From NCBI RefSeq assembly GCF_006345805.1, contig NC_043001.1, positions 79,360,001 through 79,424,000 of the forward strand: a DNA stretch of 64,000 bases, written 5' to 3'. The DNA comes from Octopus sinensis. Lineage: Eukaryota. The position numbers were made by a program, and so were the translations under genes. Of the stretch, positions 38,656 through 51,464 are shown piece by piece. The stretch's first letter is position 1. Each line of letters begins with the position of its first letter. The notes under the pieces were generated by a model. That model had not been told where the DNA came from and did not search any database. It was given only the letters and a program-made list of their open reading frames with translations.

Positions 38656-38989
38656 GCTATCTAGTAATATTGCGCGGGTACTTATAAATACACAAACCAA
38701 GGCACTCATAGTAGCATTGGAGGCCCCGGGGCAAATCGATGTAGTGCATCATATACTATTTATTTATTGACACCAGGCTACAGCATACATAGATTAGGAC
38801 TACCTCAGACCTGTCAGGCCCCCGGCTAACTGCCTAGGATGCCCATACATTAACATGGATGTGACTCAACCTATGAACGAAATAGAAATTTTAAAGCACC
38901 AATAACTTTCATCAAAATATGGGGGAAGTAGAACGCTGGAAGTTTAGTACCGTCTTATATATATTCTTTGGACGAATTTATGCAGTTCT

Positions 38990-39480
38990 TCACAATTGTA
39001 GAGATGTACTGTCAAGGGCGTTGTACAATGAAATGCTGGTAAAGAGGTAATTCATGAGGCCTTTCTGCCCTCGGTGTTATAGGTTAATAGTGAACAACTA
39101 TTCTTGATCAACCCATTCATCGCACTAGGATAATCCTTGTTCAAGAGTCTCATTCAGATTATTTTCTTTTATGCTGGATGTGGAGCCAAGTCTGTCTATT
39201 ATATTTCCCTAACGTCACCTATAAGAGAATTGTATTTAACTCTACGAGCGCTTCATTGATATCACTAAAACCCTTTCTTCAGTGAACCGCGATGCATTAT
39301 GGGTAATTCTCAGAAATCTTGATTGTCCTGATAAATTTACAGATAATATCAGGCCTTTTCATAATGATATATTACGATATATTGTCATCGGTTTTGAATG
39401 CTGATATGCATTTCCAACCAGTGTTGATGTGAAATGCGCTGATATAAATGCTCCTACCCTGTCACATATTCACAATAGAT
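38990..39480 (+). mobile_element. Decayed RTE-like RT fragment
   Basis: FIDITKTLSSVNRDALWVILRNLDCPDKFTDNIRPFHND matches RTE RT (FIDLxKAFDSVNRxALWxxLxxxGCPxKF). Confidence 0.68.
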
Positions 39481-39573
39481 TTTTGTTAAATGCTTCCACA
39501 AACTGATCTCTCTGTCCCTATCTCTCTCTCTCTTTCTTTCTCTCCCTCGTTTTCGCTCTTTCTCTCTCCCTAT

Positions 39574-39626
<53 letters not shown>

Positions 39627-40089
39627 TCATTCAAACTGTTCTGAGGGCTTTGATATGTTGCTATAGTCATAATATTTAAATTGTTTTCAGAGCTTTTATT
39701 TATGTCACCTTATTTATATAATACATACATATTTACACTGTTATGAGGGCATTTATGTATATTGAAGCTCAAACGGATTAATTCTAAATCGCATTCTTTT
39801 CTATATTTGATTCCAGATCTCTTTTACGTTAATAACACAGAGCTACAACTCTTACGGATAAAATGTCATGGATATTCTGAATGATAGGGCTTCAGAATAA
39901 GTAATTTTCGTTACCAGCCCTACTCTTAAGCGAAGTCCTGTGTATGACTATAAACTACATCCGGTAGTGTAACCCTGGGGTCCCTGATTTCAGAGTTTCA
40001 GCAGTGTAGAACACCACCACCCTTAGCCACTGTTGTCCCCGAGTCTGATTCGGGCCGGACTGGTAGCACCTGTGGTATCCCAGCTATGG

Positions 40090-42760
40090 GTTAACTAGCA
40101 AACTCCACTGCAGTTGGGGGTGTATCGGGATTGGTAGTGTTCGTGAAGGACTGGCATTACTGGTGAGTGACCATGTGAAGGAGAGTGTGGTGGAATGGAG
40201 GGAAGAGTCTTCAAGGTTAATGTGGCTTCAGAGGAGATGGGGAAGAGAGAGATGGGTGTTTTTAGTGCATATGGTCCAGGGAGTTAAATGAGTGAGGAAG
40301 TAGAGAAGTTCTAGCGGGAAATGACAGAGTGTGTGGATAGGGTAGGGAAAAGGGGTTATGTGGTAGTGCTGGATGATTTGAATGCGTGAGTAGGAAATGG
40401 GGAACTAGAAAATGTAGTTCGAAAATATGGAGTTCCTGGTCGGAATGAGAGTGGAAGGAAGATGTTGGAAATGTGTATGGCGAAGGAATTGGCGGTAGGG
40501 AAGAGTCTTTTTAAATAGGGGGAGAAGCGTAAGTTCACATGGTGGAGGGAGGAACAGTAGTGGATAGGGGCTTGATGGATTATACATTAATTGATAAGAA
40601 AGTTGTAGGGAGGTTGGTGGATGTGCATGTAATGATGGTGAAGGTGGAGGTGTGCCAAATCACTTCTTAGTACTGGGTAAGTTAAAGGTATGTTCAAAAT
40701 GGAATGCTAGACGAGAGGCAGAGTGGAGAGAGGTTGTGAAGGTGAGTGAACTGGATAGCAGGACTATGTAGAGAAACTTAGAGGTGAATATGAACAGGTT
40801 AAGAAACAGAAGATTGGAGGTGGGGAGGAGGAATGGGAGGTTTTAGAGAGTCATTAATGAGATGTGACTCTAAGGCATGTGGTACACGAGTAATTGGAAC
40901 GGGTGTAAGGTGGTGAGCGGGTAAGGGATGCGATGGCAGAGAAGAAAACGGCCGTTGAGGAGTAGTTGCAGAAAAGGGGTGGAGAAGCTTATGATCGCTA
41001 CAGAGAAATGAAGAGGAGAGTAAAGAGAGTGGTGAGGGTGGAGAAATGGCAGTCAAGTGAAAGGTTCGGGAAAAAATTGAGTGAACATTTCTAAGAAATA
41101 AAAATGTTTTGGAAAGAGGTGTAGAGGTGGTTGGAGGAAGGGAAGAAAGGGTGAAGGATATAAATAAAAATTTATTGAAAGGAAGTACAAAGGAGATAGG
41201 CAGCGTATTTTAGTGAGCTGTTAAATGTAGAGGATGTTAGTGGGGAAAGTATAGGGTTGTAGGAAGAGAGAGGAGAATGCCTGCTGTTGGGGAATGAAAC
41301 TACTGAGCAAGTGGAAGGGAGGAGTTGAGGGAACCCTTGCGGAAGATGGCAAACCGGAAAGTGCAAGGTATAGATGTGTGTATATTAGGATGTCCAAAGA
41401 AAGGAGGAATGACAGTGATTGAATGGTTAATGAGGCTTATGAATGTTTGTTATATGGCTGGAAGAGTACCAATAGCACCTGTAAAGTGCTATTGTACAAG
41501 GGAAAAGGGGATAAATGTGAGTGTGGAAATTTTAGGGATATAAGTCTGTTGGGTGTGGTTGGTAAACTGTATGAGAGAATTCTGATTGTAAGAGTGAGGA
41601 ACCAGACAGAAAGTGTATTAGGGAAGAAGCAGTGCAGTTTTAAGAGTGGAAGTAAGTGTCAAATATTCTTAGTTTGGCAGATGTGTGAGAAGTTTTTGGC
41701 AAAAGGGAAGGAAGTGTATTGGGCCTTTATGGACCTACAGAAGGCATATGACCGAGTGGATTGGGATGTAATGTGGCAGGTGTTACGGTTGTCTGGGATA
41801 GATGGTAGATTGCCGAGAGCTGTTAGGGCGTGCGTTAGAGTGGGTGGTGAAGTCAGTGAGATGCCTGAAGTGAAGGTGAGGTCAAGACCGGGTTGTGAGA
41901 TGTCTCGGTGGATGTTTAATGTATATACGAATAGTGTGGCGAGAGGGGTAAATGCTACAACCTTTGGTAGGGGATCTCAAATGGTGGGAGAAAATGGAGA
42001 GAAATGGCAGGTGAGTCAGTTGTTTGATGATGATACAGTACTGGTGGCGGATTCGTATGAGCAACTGAGGAGACTGGTGGTAGAGTTTGGAAAAGTATGT
42101 GAGAGGAGGAAACTGAAAGTGAATGTAGCGAAGAGTGAGGTGAGGAATGTTCAAGAGATGGAATGGCTGGTAGGATGGATGTGAGTAGAGTATAACTGGT
42201 GAGATGTTAGAGGATGTAAGTGTTTTTAAGTATCTGGGATCACATGTGACGGCGGATGGGATGTTGGCTGAGGAAGTGGGATACAGATTGAGTGAGGTGA
42301 GTCAGATACTTGGTGTTGTGAAAGGTATGCTGAGAGATAAAAGATTGAGTAAGAAAGAGAAAAGCAGTGTCTATGAGGACGCGATTGTGCCGACAATGGT
42401 AATATGGTGCGAAGACATGGGGGCTGAGAGAGGCGGAAAGGAGGCGACTAGATATGTTTGAGATGAAATGTGCGAGAGCTCTGTGAGAGCTATGGTTGGT
42501 GTGACATGAATAATGAGGATGTGCGAAGAGGATCAGGAATGAGAGAAAAACCAACAACCAAAATGGATAGACGAATGTTGAGGTGGTTTGGCCACATGGA
42601 GAGGATGGATGAGGAGCGAATTGTAAGGCGAATTGATGAAGGTAGAAGTGGTAGGAAGCAGAACCAGAGGCAGACCGCAGTTTGTGTGGTTGGATGGAGT
42701 GAGGAAAGCTTTTGTCGTTAGAGGTTTTGGAGTGAGAGAGGCAAGAGAGTTTATAAATGA
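40090..42760 (+). mobile_element. Decayed near full-length RTE-like LINE (APE endonuclease plus RT)
   Basis: APE-like GLALLV, SAYGP, VVVLDDLNA; RT LLYKGKGDKCECGNFRDISLLGVVGKLYERIL, AFMDLQKAYDRVD, LFDDDTVL, FKYLGS, LRWFGHMERM; many frameshifts and stops. Confidence 0.9.
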
Positions 42761-43289
42761 TAGGAAATTTGTAATTTTCGAACAGATCATATATACACGA
42801 CACCTGAGTCGTATTTGCATCTTCATCAAAACCACGAGCATCTCTATTCAACATGCTGCGAAGACGTTTGAAAAAAAGAATGTTTTTCATAGACTGACCA
42901 CATTCTATTATTTTATAGAGCAGGCGTTGCTTTCTCTTAAGAATTACATTTTTTTATAAACTCAGACCTATTCCCAATTTTTGGAATGGTAGCCACAAGA
43001 CACACACCAGGCATTCCATTCATTTCCCAGCTCAAAGAGGCGTGTCTCATTCTGTGCTTGGGTCAAGGCATAGAACGCAACACCCAATATTAGCAGTTGG
43101 GGCCGACAGCATATGCTGGTTTAACCCCGCTGCATCAAGCTGGTTCCGTACCCCCTTGAGCAACATCAAATTCACTCATCCGTCCACAAACACTCTCCAA
43201 GTTTTCCTATCATTTCCTATCATTTAAGGTCTTAATGACATTTAAGATACCTATTCTTATAGGCAGTAATTTTGTATATTTCGTTGATT

Positions 43290-43450
43290 TAAGCATGTAT
43301 TGTATATCAGTTTCAAATTTTGGTAGAAGGCTAGCAGTTTCGAGGTTAAATAAGTCGATTTCATTGACTTCGGTACTACTCAATTGGTTCTTATTTTATC
43401 GATCCAGAAGGATGAAAGACTAAGTCAACTTCGACAGAATTTGCACTCTT
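43290..43450 (-). mobile_element. SINE family B fragment
   Basis: GGTACTACTCAATTGG...CCAGAAGGATGAAAGACTAAGTCAACTTCG. Confidence 0.6.
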
Positions 43451-43454
43451 TTAC

Positions 43455-43840
43455 TCTTTTACGCTTTTACTTGTTTCAATCATTTGACTGCGGCCATGCT
43501 GGAGCACCGCCTTTAGTCGAGCAAATCGACACCAGGACTTATTCTTTGTAAGCCTAGTATCGGACATTTTTGCCAAAATGCTAATTTACGGGGACGTAAA
43601 TACACCAGCATCTGTTGTCAAGTGATGTTGGGAGGACAAGCACACATACACACACATATATATATATATATATATACATATATATACGACGGGCTTTCAG
43701 TTTCTGTCAACCCAATCCACTTACAAGGCTTTGATCGGCCCGAGGCTCTAGTAGAAGAAACTTGCCCAAGGTGCCACGCAGTGGGACTGAACCCGGGACC
43801 ATGTGGTTGGTAAGCAAGCTACTTACCACACAGTCACTCA
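43455..43840 (-). mobile_element. SINE family A, near full length
   Basis: CATTTGACTGCGGCCATGCTGGAGCACCGCC...(CA/TA)n...GTGGGACTGAACCCGGG...TACCACACAGTCACTC. Confidence 0.85.
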
Positions 43841-44479
43841 TGCGGAACGTTTATAAGAACGACATGCAGCTAAGACTGGTCACGTTTGTAAGACTGGTCA
43901 CATTAGACAACGGTAAAAATCAAATCTTCGTCAACAGAACGAACATATGCGTGCCAGATCTATAATTCATGTGCTTTTTCTATCGGAGTACATAATAACC
44001 TATGTGATGATTCTGGATTGCATTTAACTGAGATGCGACATTTATGTGATAGATTTCATAAAAGCTGTATATCATTAGGACTAAATGGCTTTTTCGATTG
44101 ACAGTTCATAAATGTGCAATGATTATACTCATTATTGAGTCACCTTGCATCATATATATGTACGTGTGTTTGCCTGTGTATGTGCAGTTCCGTTTTGTAA
44201 AGAACCTGGATAAACTGCCGCTTCATATAGATACGAGTATACACATTCGCATTCTCCAAACGATGATTTGTTCCTTAGAACTTCATCCACACACACACAC
44301 ACATATTTTCTCTCTCGCTCTCACACACAGAGACGCATATATTTCTTCGCTTCGTTTTCCCTTTCCTTACACTCTTTCCATCTACTCTCTATTTTGTAAT
44401 CTCTTCTGCCTTTTCTGCTGCTCATTTCCCCTCCCCACCAAGCACACCTCTCGCACACATACACGTTAACTCTCTTCAA

Positions 44480-44671
44480 TTCCTTATATATGCCTGTCTT
44501 AAACGTTTCGATTACGCTTTTTCCTTTCGGCAATCTCTTTAACATTTACTCTCTTTCAAGCATTCCAGCCTATTACTCTCACTCTCTCACTCTCTCTTTT
44601 TTCTCACTGTCTCGTTGCATGGTTTACCCTTCCTATTCGTCTTCGTTATATACTTGTTGTGTTTGTGCTTC

Positions 44672-44704
<33 letters not shown>

Positions 44705-45560
44705 AAGTTTCTGTCTGTCAAACAGCCTTCTGTAGATTATTCTCTACTCCCCTCCATATAATTCCTCTCTAATTTCTATCTTTAATGTCTCCCCCTCGCG
44801 CCTTCCCACTCCCTAACTCCCCCTCCGTCCTTCACCCTCTCTCTCCATCTCTCTATATAATATATATATATCTTTTCTCCGTCTATACCAGTCTCTCTCA
44901 TAAATTCTCTCTCAGTATAAACGTTTCTCTCTCTCCTACTTTCCACTCGCCTCTCTCCTCTCTCTCTCTCTTTCTATTTATTTATCTGCATATCGCTTCT
45001 CTAATTCTCTCCTACAACTCTCTTTCTCTAACCCCTCTCTCTCTCTCTTTCTTACCCTCTCACTCTAACCACCCGTCTCTCTTTCCTACCTCCTCTGTCT
45101 CTCTTTCTTATCCCCTCTCTCCCCCCTCTAGTTATCTCCCTCTCACCCTTTCTCTGTCTGTTCATCATTTTTCCTCCTGCCTCCTCTCTCCCACATTTTC
45201 TCTCTCTCTCTAACCCCTCTCTCTTTCTCCCTTCCCTCTTTCTTACCCTTCCCCCTCTAGTTACCTCCCTCTCAACCTTTTTCTGTCTGTTCATCTCATC
45301 CCACTGCCCACTCTCCTCCACATTCTCTCTCTCTCTCTCTCGCTAAGTCTCTCTCCTCCTCCTCTATCCATCTTTCTCTCACTCTCCCTCCTTTCTACCC
45401 CCCTTTCTCCTTCACTCACTCGGTTTCTCTCGCCGCCTCTCTCTATTTATCCTTGTATCATTTCTCCGTCTGTCTATGCTACTCTCTTTCTTATATACTT
45501 GCTCTCTAAGCCTGTCTCTTGCACTCTCTTTCTTGCACCCCTACCACACTCACCATCGCT
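44480..45560. repeat. Pyrimidine-rich (CT)n low-complexity tract with internal ~65-bp duplication
   Basis: CCCCTCTAGTTA.CTCCCTCTCA.CC...TTCTCTGTCTGTTCATC-like segment twice (~45120 and ~45250). Confidence 0.85.
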
Positions 45561-45714
45561 CACTTCATCTCTGCATGACTGATGCACTGCAAAATGCAAA
45601 TGCAGTAATATAATAGTGCAGTCAATATAGCATGGAAATATCTGCCTATTCAATCAAGCGTGACACATCGAAAAGGGATGGTCTGCGAAGCAAAGAGTTT
45701 AATAAGTATGTCTG

Positions 45715-46539
45715 TGCGGTGGCGGTGTTGATAGAGGAGTTTGATAGTACTGTTGCCAGCGGTGGAGGTAACTGTGGTGGGGGTAGTGGAGTGGTGGTGG
45801 TGGAGGTGGTGGTTGTCGTAATGGTGTTGCTGGTGGTGCTAGTGGCGGTGGTTGTGGTCGTTGTTGTAGTGGTAGAGTTTGTGTATGTAACGGTGGTATT
45901 GGTGGTGGTTTTGGTGGTAATTGCGGTAGTAGTGGTTATACTTTTTATCTCGATGGTCTAGGTCGTGGTTGCAGTAGTGGTGTTTGTGGTGCTTGCACTG
46001 GTTGTGGCTTTTTTGTGTGTAGTTGGTGGCGTTGTTGTTGGTGAAAGATGTGGTAATTGTGGTGTTGGTAGTCTTGGTGGTGATGATGGAGATGATGTTG
46101 GTTGTGGTAGTGGTGTTTGTTGCCGTGGTGATGATTGTGGTCGTTACTGTAGTGGTAGTCTTAGTGGTGGTGCTGTAGGTGGTAGTAGAAGTAGTGAAAG
46201 CAGCAACAACAGTAGTTATAGTGATAGTAACAGCAGCAATAGTAGTAGCAGCAGCAGCAATAGCAGTTATAGTAGTAGTAGTTGTAGTAGTTGTTGTTGT
46301 TGTTGTTGTAGTAGTAGTAGTAGCTGCTTGCGCAAATGGAGTGAATATGCGCTGTGGTGGCTGTTGGAAATGGAGAATGTGTTGGTAGTAGGATTAGTAG
46401 TGGTAGTAGTGGTAATAGTAATAATAGTAATAGTGGTACTAAATTTAGCTGTTGTTGTTGTAGTACCTGTGGTCGAAGTAGTTATAGTAGTAGTATAGTA
46501 TTATTTAAGTAGCAGTTACTGTTGTAGTAGATGCAGCTG

Positions 46540-46577
<38 letters not shown>

Positions 46578-46760
46578 TTTGGAGTAACAGGTGTAATAAA
46601 TGAAGTTGTAGTATCAGTAATAGTTGTGGTGGTCGCCGTTGTAGTGGAAGATGTATTACTACTTGTTGATATTGTTCTTGTGGCGGTAGTAGTTGTATTA
46701 CTAGCTGATGTTGTTATTGTTGGTGCGGTGGAAGTAGGAGAGGTGGTGTTACTGTAGATA
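45715..46760. repeat. (GTG/GTA/GTT)n low-complexity tract
   Basis: Direct reading; ORFs are poly-V/S artefacts. Confidence 0.93.
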
Positions 46761-47258
46761 TTGTAGTTCTGTTCAGAGTTGAGTGGAAAGGAAGCGCAGG
46801 GTCAGTTTGATTTGTTGGTAGTGATACTGAGGAAATTTTTTTGGCAATGACAAACCTGGCAAAACTGTAGTGTTGGCTGTTATCGTGTTTTAGGTTATGG
46901 TAGTAGATGTGGAATATCATGGGCCCGTGGACAGGGTGTCCAGCGGGTTCAAGCACATCACGTAAACTTATTTGTGGGGCGTAAAATATAAATTTGCACG
47001 CCTGCTTATTTTTCACATGTCGAGAAAACAGAGCGTAAAACGTGCTCTGTAAAAAGTAGCTTGGCGTTAGGTTTCTTCTGAGAGAGCAAAGAGTTAAACA
47101 ATAAAGTAAAAAAGAATAGAAAAGCTTGTTTGTAAAAAAAATCTTGACTTTGGGTTTGCATCCTCTAAGCAAATATCGTTCCCTAACCAGTGGTGGTAAG
47201 AGCCGAATATCAAAACGGAAGGGTGGAAAATAGTTCTGTCTACTCAGCTTCTGTATAA

Positions 47259-47595
47259 GGCCATCATGGCTCAGTGGTTAGAGCGTCGGGCTCACAATCA
47301 CGAAACAGAGAGTTCGATTCTCGGACTGGGTTGTGTGTTGTGTTATTGACCAAAACGCTTTATTTTCCATCCTTCCAGTTCACTCAGCTGTAGAAATGGA
47401 TGGCAACATAAATGATGCCAAAATGTATCGGCTTTTGCCTTTCCCTTGGATAACATTATTGACGTGGACAGGGAAGTCTAGTATGCATGGATGACTGCTG
47501 GTCTACCATAAGCTATCTTGGCTTGAATAGTGCCTCGGAGGGTAAATTTCTAGGTGCAATCCAATGGTCATTTATGACCGAAGGGGATCTTTACC
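47259..47595 (+). mobile_element. tRNA-headed SINE (family D), near full length
   Basis: A-box TGGCTCAGTGG (47267-47277), B-box GAGTTCGATTC (47310-47320), CAGTTCACTCAGCTGTA domain, GATCTTTACC end; no tRNA acceptor stem, so not a tRNA gene. Confidence 0.75.
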
Positions 47596-47624
47596 TGTTA
47601 AACATATACGCGACTTATTCTCTG

Positions 47625-47748
47625 TAAACCTAATACTTATTTCATCGTTCTTTTTTGCCAAACCGCTAAGGTACGGGGACGTAAACATCCCAACGTTAGT
47701 TGCGAAACAATGATGGTGGGGAAAACATAGACACAAAGACACACACAC

Positions 47749-47844
<96 letters not shown>

Positions 47845-47890
47845 TTATATACAACGGGCTTCTTTTAGTTTCCGTCTACCAAATACACGC
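47625..47890 (-). mobile_element. SINE family A fragment
   Basis: TTTTGCCAAACCGCTAAG..ACGGGGACGTAAAC...GGGCTTCTTTTAGTTTCCGTCTACCAAAT. Confidence 0.75.
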
Positions 47891-47934
47891 AAAAGGCTAA
47901 CGTTTCTGCCAGCTTACCATTTTAATGATAATAA

Positions 47935-48750
47935 TACTTTCTACTATAGGCACAACGCCTGAAACTCGTTCGGGAAGGGACAGGTCGATCACATTGGTCT
48001 CAGTCTTTCACTGGCACTTAATTTATTAATCCCGAAAGGATGAAAGGCAAAGTAAACCTCGGCGGAATGTGAACTCAACACGTAGCGCAGACGAAATACC
48101 TATTTCTTTATTACCCACAAGGGTCTAAACACAGAACGGACAAACAAGGACAGGCAAACGGATTAAGTTGATTACATCGACCCCTGTGCGTAACAGGTAC
48201 TTAATTTATCAACCTCGAAATGATGAAAGGCAAAGTCAACCTCGGCGGAATTTGAACCCAGAACGTAACGGCAGACGAAATACCGCTAAGCATTTCGCCC
48301 AGTGTGCTAAAGTTTCTGCCAGCTCGTCGATTTTTGAAAAATTTTATATTCTTTTCTAACCTAGGCACAAGCCCCGAAATTATGGGGAGTGTGCCAATTG
48401 ATTAGATCGACCCCAGTATGCAAGTGGTACTTAATATATCGACCCCGAAAGGGTGAATGGCAAAGTCGACCTCGGCAGAATTTGAACTCAGAACGTAAAG
48501 ACAGACGAAATAGCTATTTCTTTACTACCCACAAGGGGCTAAACACAGAGAGGAAAAACAAGGACAGACCCACGGATTAAGCCGATTATATTGACCCCAG
48601 TGCGTAACTGGTACTTATTTGATCGACCCCGAAAAGATGAAAGGCAAAGTCGACCTCGGCGGAATTTGAACTCAGAACGTAGCGGCAGACGAAATACCGC
48701 TAAGCATTTCGTCCAGCGTTCTAACATATCTGGCAGCTCGCCGCCTTTTG
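47935..48750 (-). mobile_element. Four head-to-tail family B SINE units
   Basis: GGCAAAGT(C/A)(G/A)ACCTCGGC(G/A)GAA core at ~48045, ~48230, ~48460, ~48645. Confidence 0.85.
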
Positions 48751-48824
48751 CAACCTTCATGTTACAACGTATATGCTTTATATTAGCAACATGACATTAG
48801 ATGATGTAGATCAAATATTCGTCT

Positions 48825-49014
48825 ATTCTTTTACTTGTTTCCGTCATTTGATTACCACCATGCTGGAGCACCGCACTCATGGATTTCAGTCGAACAAATT
48901 CGCTTCAGGACTTATTTTTTAAGCCCAGTACTTATTCTCTCGCCCTCTTTTGCTGAACCGCTAAGTTGTTGTGTCGCAAAACCGGTTGTCAAGCGGTGAT
49001 GAGGGGACAAGTAT

Positions 49015-49088
<74 letters not shown>

Positions 49089-49445
49089 TGTACATTTAAA
49101 CACATAAGAGAGGGTCATAACAGGACATCTGACTCGCTAGAAAAAGCAATTAAACTCCGAACCATTATTAGGTGTAATTTCGAAAGGAAATGAAAAATAA
49201 AAAAAACATTTACACACTATTTCCCGTACCATGGTTCCAAGTAATCTTTAGTAAATAAAATAATTTACATTGGCGACTAATATATATATATATATATATA
49301 CATATAACGGGCTTCTTTCAATTTCCGCCTACCAAATCCACTCACAAGGCTTTAATAGAAGACACTTGCCCTAGGAGCGGTACATTGAGATTGAACCCGG
49401 AATCCTGTGGTTGGGAAGCACGCTTCTTACCATACAACCACGCTT
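48825..49445 (-). mobile_element. SINE family A split by microsatellite and unique sequence
   Basis: Tail CCATGCTGGAGCACCGC (48858); head GGGCTTCTTTCAATTTCCG...GATTGAACCCGGAA (49308-49445). Confidence 0.7.
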
Positions 49446-49894
49446 GAACAATTTTTCGAAAGGTGGCTCATCATTAGACAGAGCCCATTACCGAAAAATT
49501 CAAAGTATTTTTCGTTTGGTCTGCCATTCAGTTAGATCCGTGATCCATATTTTCTCCCATGATTAACCTAGATTTAAATATTCCGAAGCAGACTTGACTA
49601 GCAGACTTCTAGCTTTGCTCCAGCAGGGTTTACCAGGTTCTAGCAATACTAAAACTCAAAAAACAATGTAAAGATCTTGAAACAATGTAAAGATCAGAAA
49701 TAGCAACTAAATGTCCCTCAAAAGCATATTTTAATTAAATGACATATTGTATAATAATTATAATTGCGTCTGAGAAAAATTTATACCTAGAAAATGAAAA
49801 ATACAGGATGATTATCTATGGAATTCCTTTGATTATTTTTTTTTTCAGTACGAGTTAGCAAGGGATTAAAACAAAACGCAATAATACCAAAAAA

Positions 49895-50390
49895 AAACAC
49901 CCTCATCACGTTTTAGAATTTGGCACAATGCCAGCAATTTTAAAGGAGAGGCTACCCACTGCCAAAACTCTCGGTGTTCAATTGGCACACATTTTCTCGA
50001 CCACGAAAATCCCTGTTAACGATCCTACTAGTTCGCCGTCTTAATAAGGATTTCAAATTTTGACACAAGACCAGCAATTTTAGGAGAAGATCAAGCCGAT
50101 CACATCAACCCCAGTGTTCAACTGATACATATTTTGTCAACTCCAAATATGTGTAAAATCAAAGTCTAGAGAATTTGAACCTAGAATGCAATGAATTGCA
50201 AGAAATGCCGCTAAGCGTTTTATTCGACTCGCTGACATTTCTGTTAGCTTGCTGCATTAATAACGATTTCAATCTTTGGCACAACTCCAAACATTTTAAA
50301 TAGAGGATCTTGGTCGATGACATCGACCCCGATCTTCATCTGGGACTTCTTTTATCGACGCGAAAGCATGAGAGGCAAAGTAACCAATTA
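49895..50390 (-). mobile_element. Three decayed family B SINE fragments in tandem
   Basis: Repeated TTTGGCACAA/TTTGACACAA...CCAGCAATTTTA starts at ~49918, ~50058, ~50275. Confidence 0.6.
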
Positions 50391-50617
50391 TGCTAAATCG
50401 TCAACAATATAACCATCACTAATAATAGTATAATAGTTTACCACTATCACCTAAACATCTATTCGGTAAGCAAGCTAGCCACAACACTACCAATACCAAT
50501 AACAATACAATCACCAACAGTCACGTTTTATGACGACAGAACTCACCAATGAGAGAACATGCAGGGGATCGCTGAAAGTGTTAGAAATACCAGTCAAATA
50601 CCCACAAAACCACACCT

Positions 50618-50783
50618 TACAAGAGGTGCTGAAACGTTCCTAGATTGCGTAAAATACAGAAAATATAGACGGATCTGTTAATTAGGATTTTACTCAAAAT
50701 ATCCTCCCCTCAGAGTCAACGAACGGTCCTTCAGTTTTCTAAACCTCGTAAAAGTGCTCGGAAGATTGGGCTTCCAACTAGGT
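50618..50783. mobile_element. Truncated mariner-derived MITE
   Basis: TACAAGAGGTGCTGAAACGTTCC start; similar to 50909-51128. Confidence 0.65.
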
Positions 50784-50908
50784 AAACACACATATATAAA
50801 TACATACATAAATACGCACACACATACATAAATAGATACATACGTACATAGATACATACATACATACATACATACATACATACATACATACATACATACA
50901 TACATACA

Positions 50909-51128
50909 TACAAGGAGGTGCTGAAAAGTTCCTGGCTTTGAGTAAAAGAAAATACTGAAGGATCAGTTAATTTAATTTTATTCAACATATCCCCCTATCA
51001 GATTCACACATTTATTGCAGCTGTCCTCCAACTTTTCTAACCCCTCTAAAAGAACTCGGAAGGTTGGGCCTCCAACTAGGCATTTTGCGACACCCTTCAA
51101 TCCAGGAACTCTACAGCTCCCTATCGTA
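50909..51128. mobile_element. Mariner-derived MITE with TIRs and TA ends
   Basis: TA-CAAGGAGGTGCTGAAAAGTTCCTGG ... CCAGGAACTCTACAGCTCCCTATCG-TA. Confidence 0.72.
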
Positions 51129-51464
51129 ATGTTTATGCATTAAAACATGCAGAATACACAAAATAATCTAGTTTTAGATATACCGTAGTTTGAATAAATT
51201 ACAAGTAGGAATGGCCACGGCTAGAAAGCCTTTGCTCATAGTTCGGCTCAATTATTGTTGATCTGGGTCTCTAATATCTCTATTACTACAGGAAGTCGAC
51301 AACGTACCCCGTCACCTCTTCAACAACCACCAAACCACCGCCATTTCCTCTAGTCAAGGTGTAATTTTAACCACATTCCTCGAAATAAATGCAATTTCAA
51401 ACTGAATTTAAGTCGGTTCTTTTGAAAAATTTTTCCCATTTTTCAAGATGAAGGGAATGACAGA

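Noticed and set aside
46890-46965. Possible exon VMVVDVEYHGPVDRVSSGFKHIT*
   Set aside because: Short, unrecognised and unsupported without expression data.
47259-47330. tRNA gene candidates (also 33551-33615, 35450-35470, 61070-61142)
   Set aside because: A/B boxes are present but there is no acceptor-stem pairing and they continue into SINE bodies; called SINE heads.
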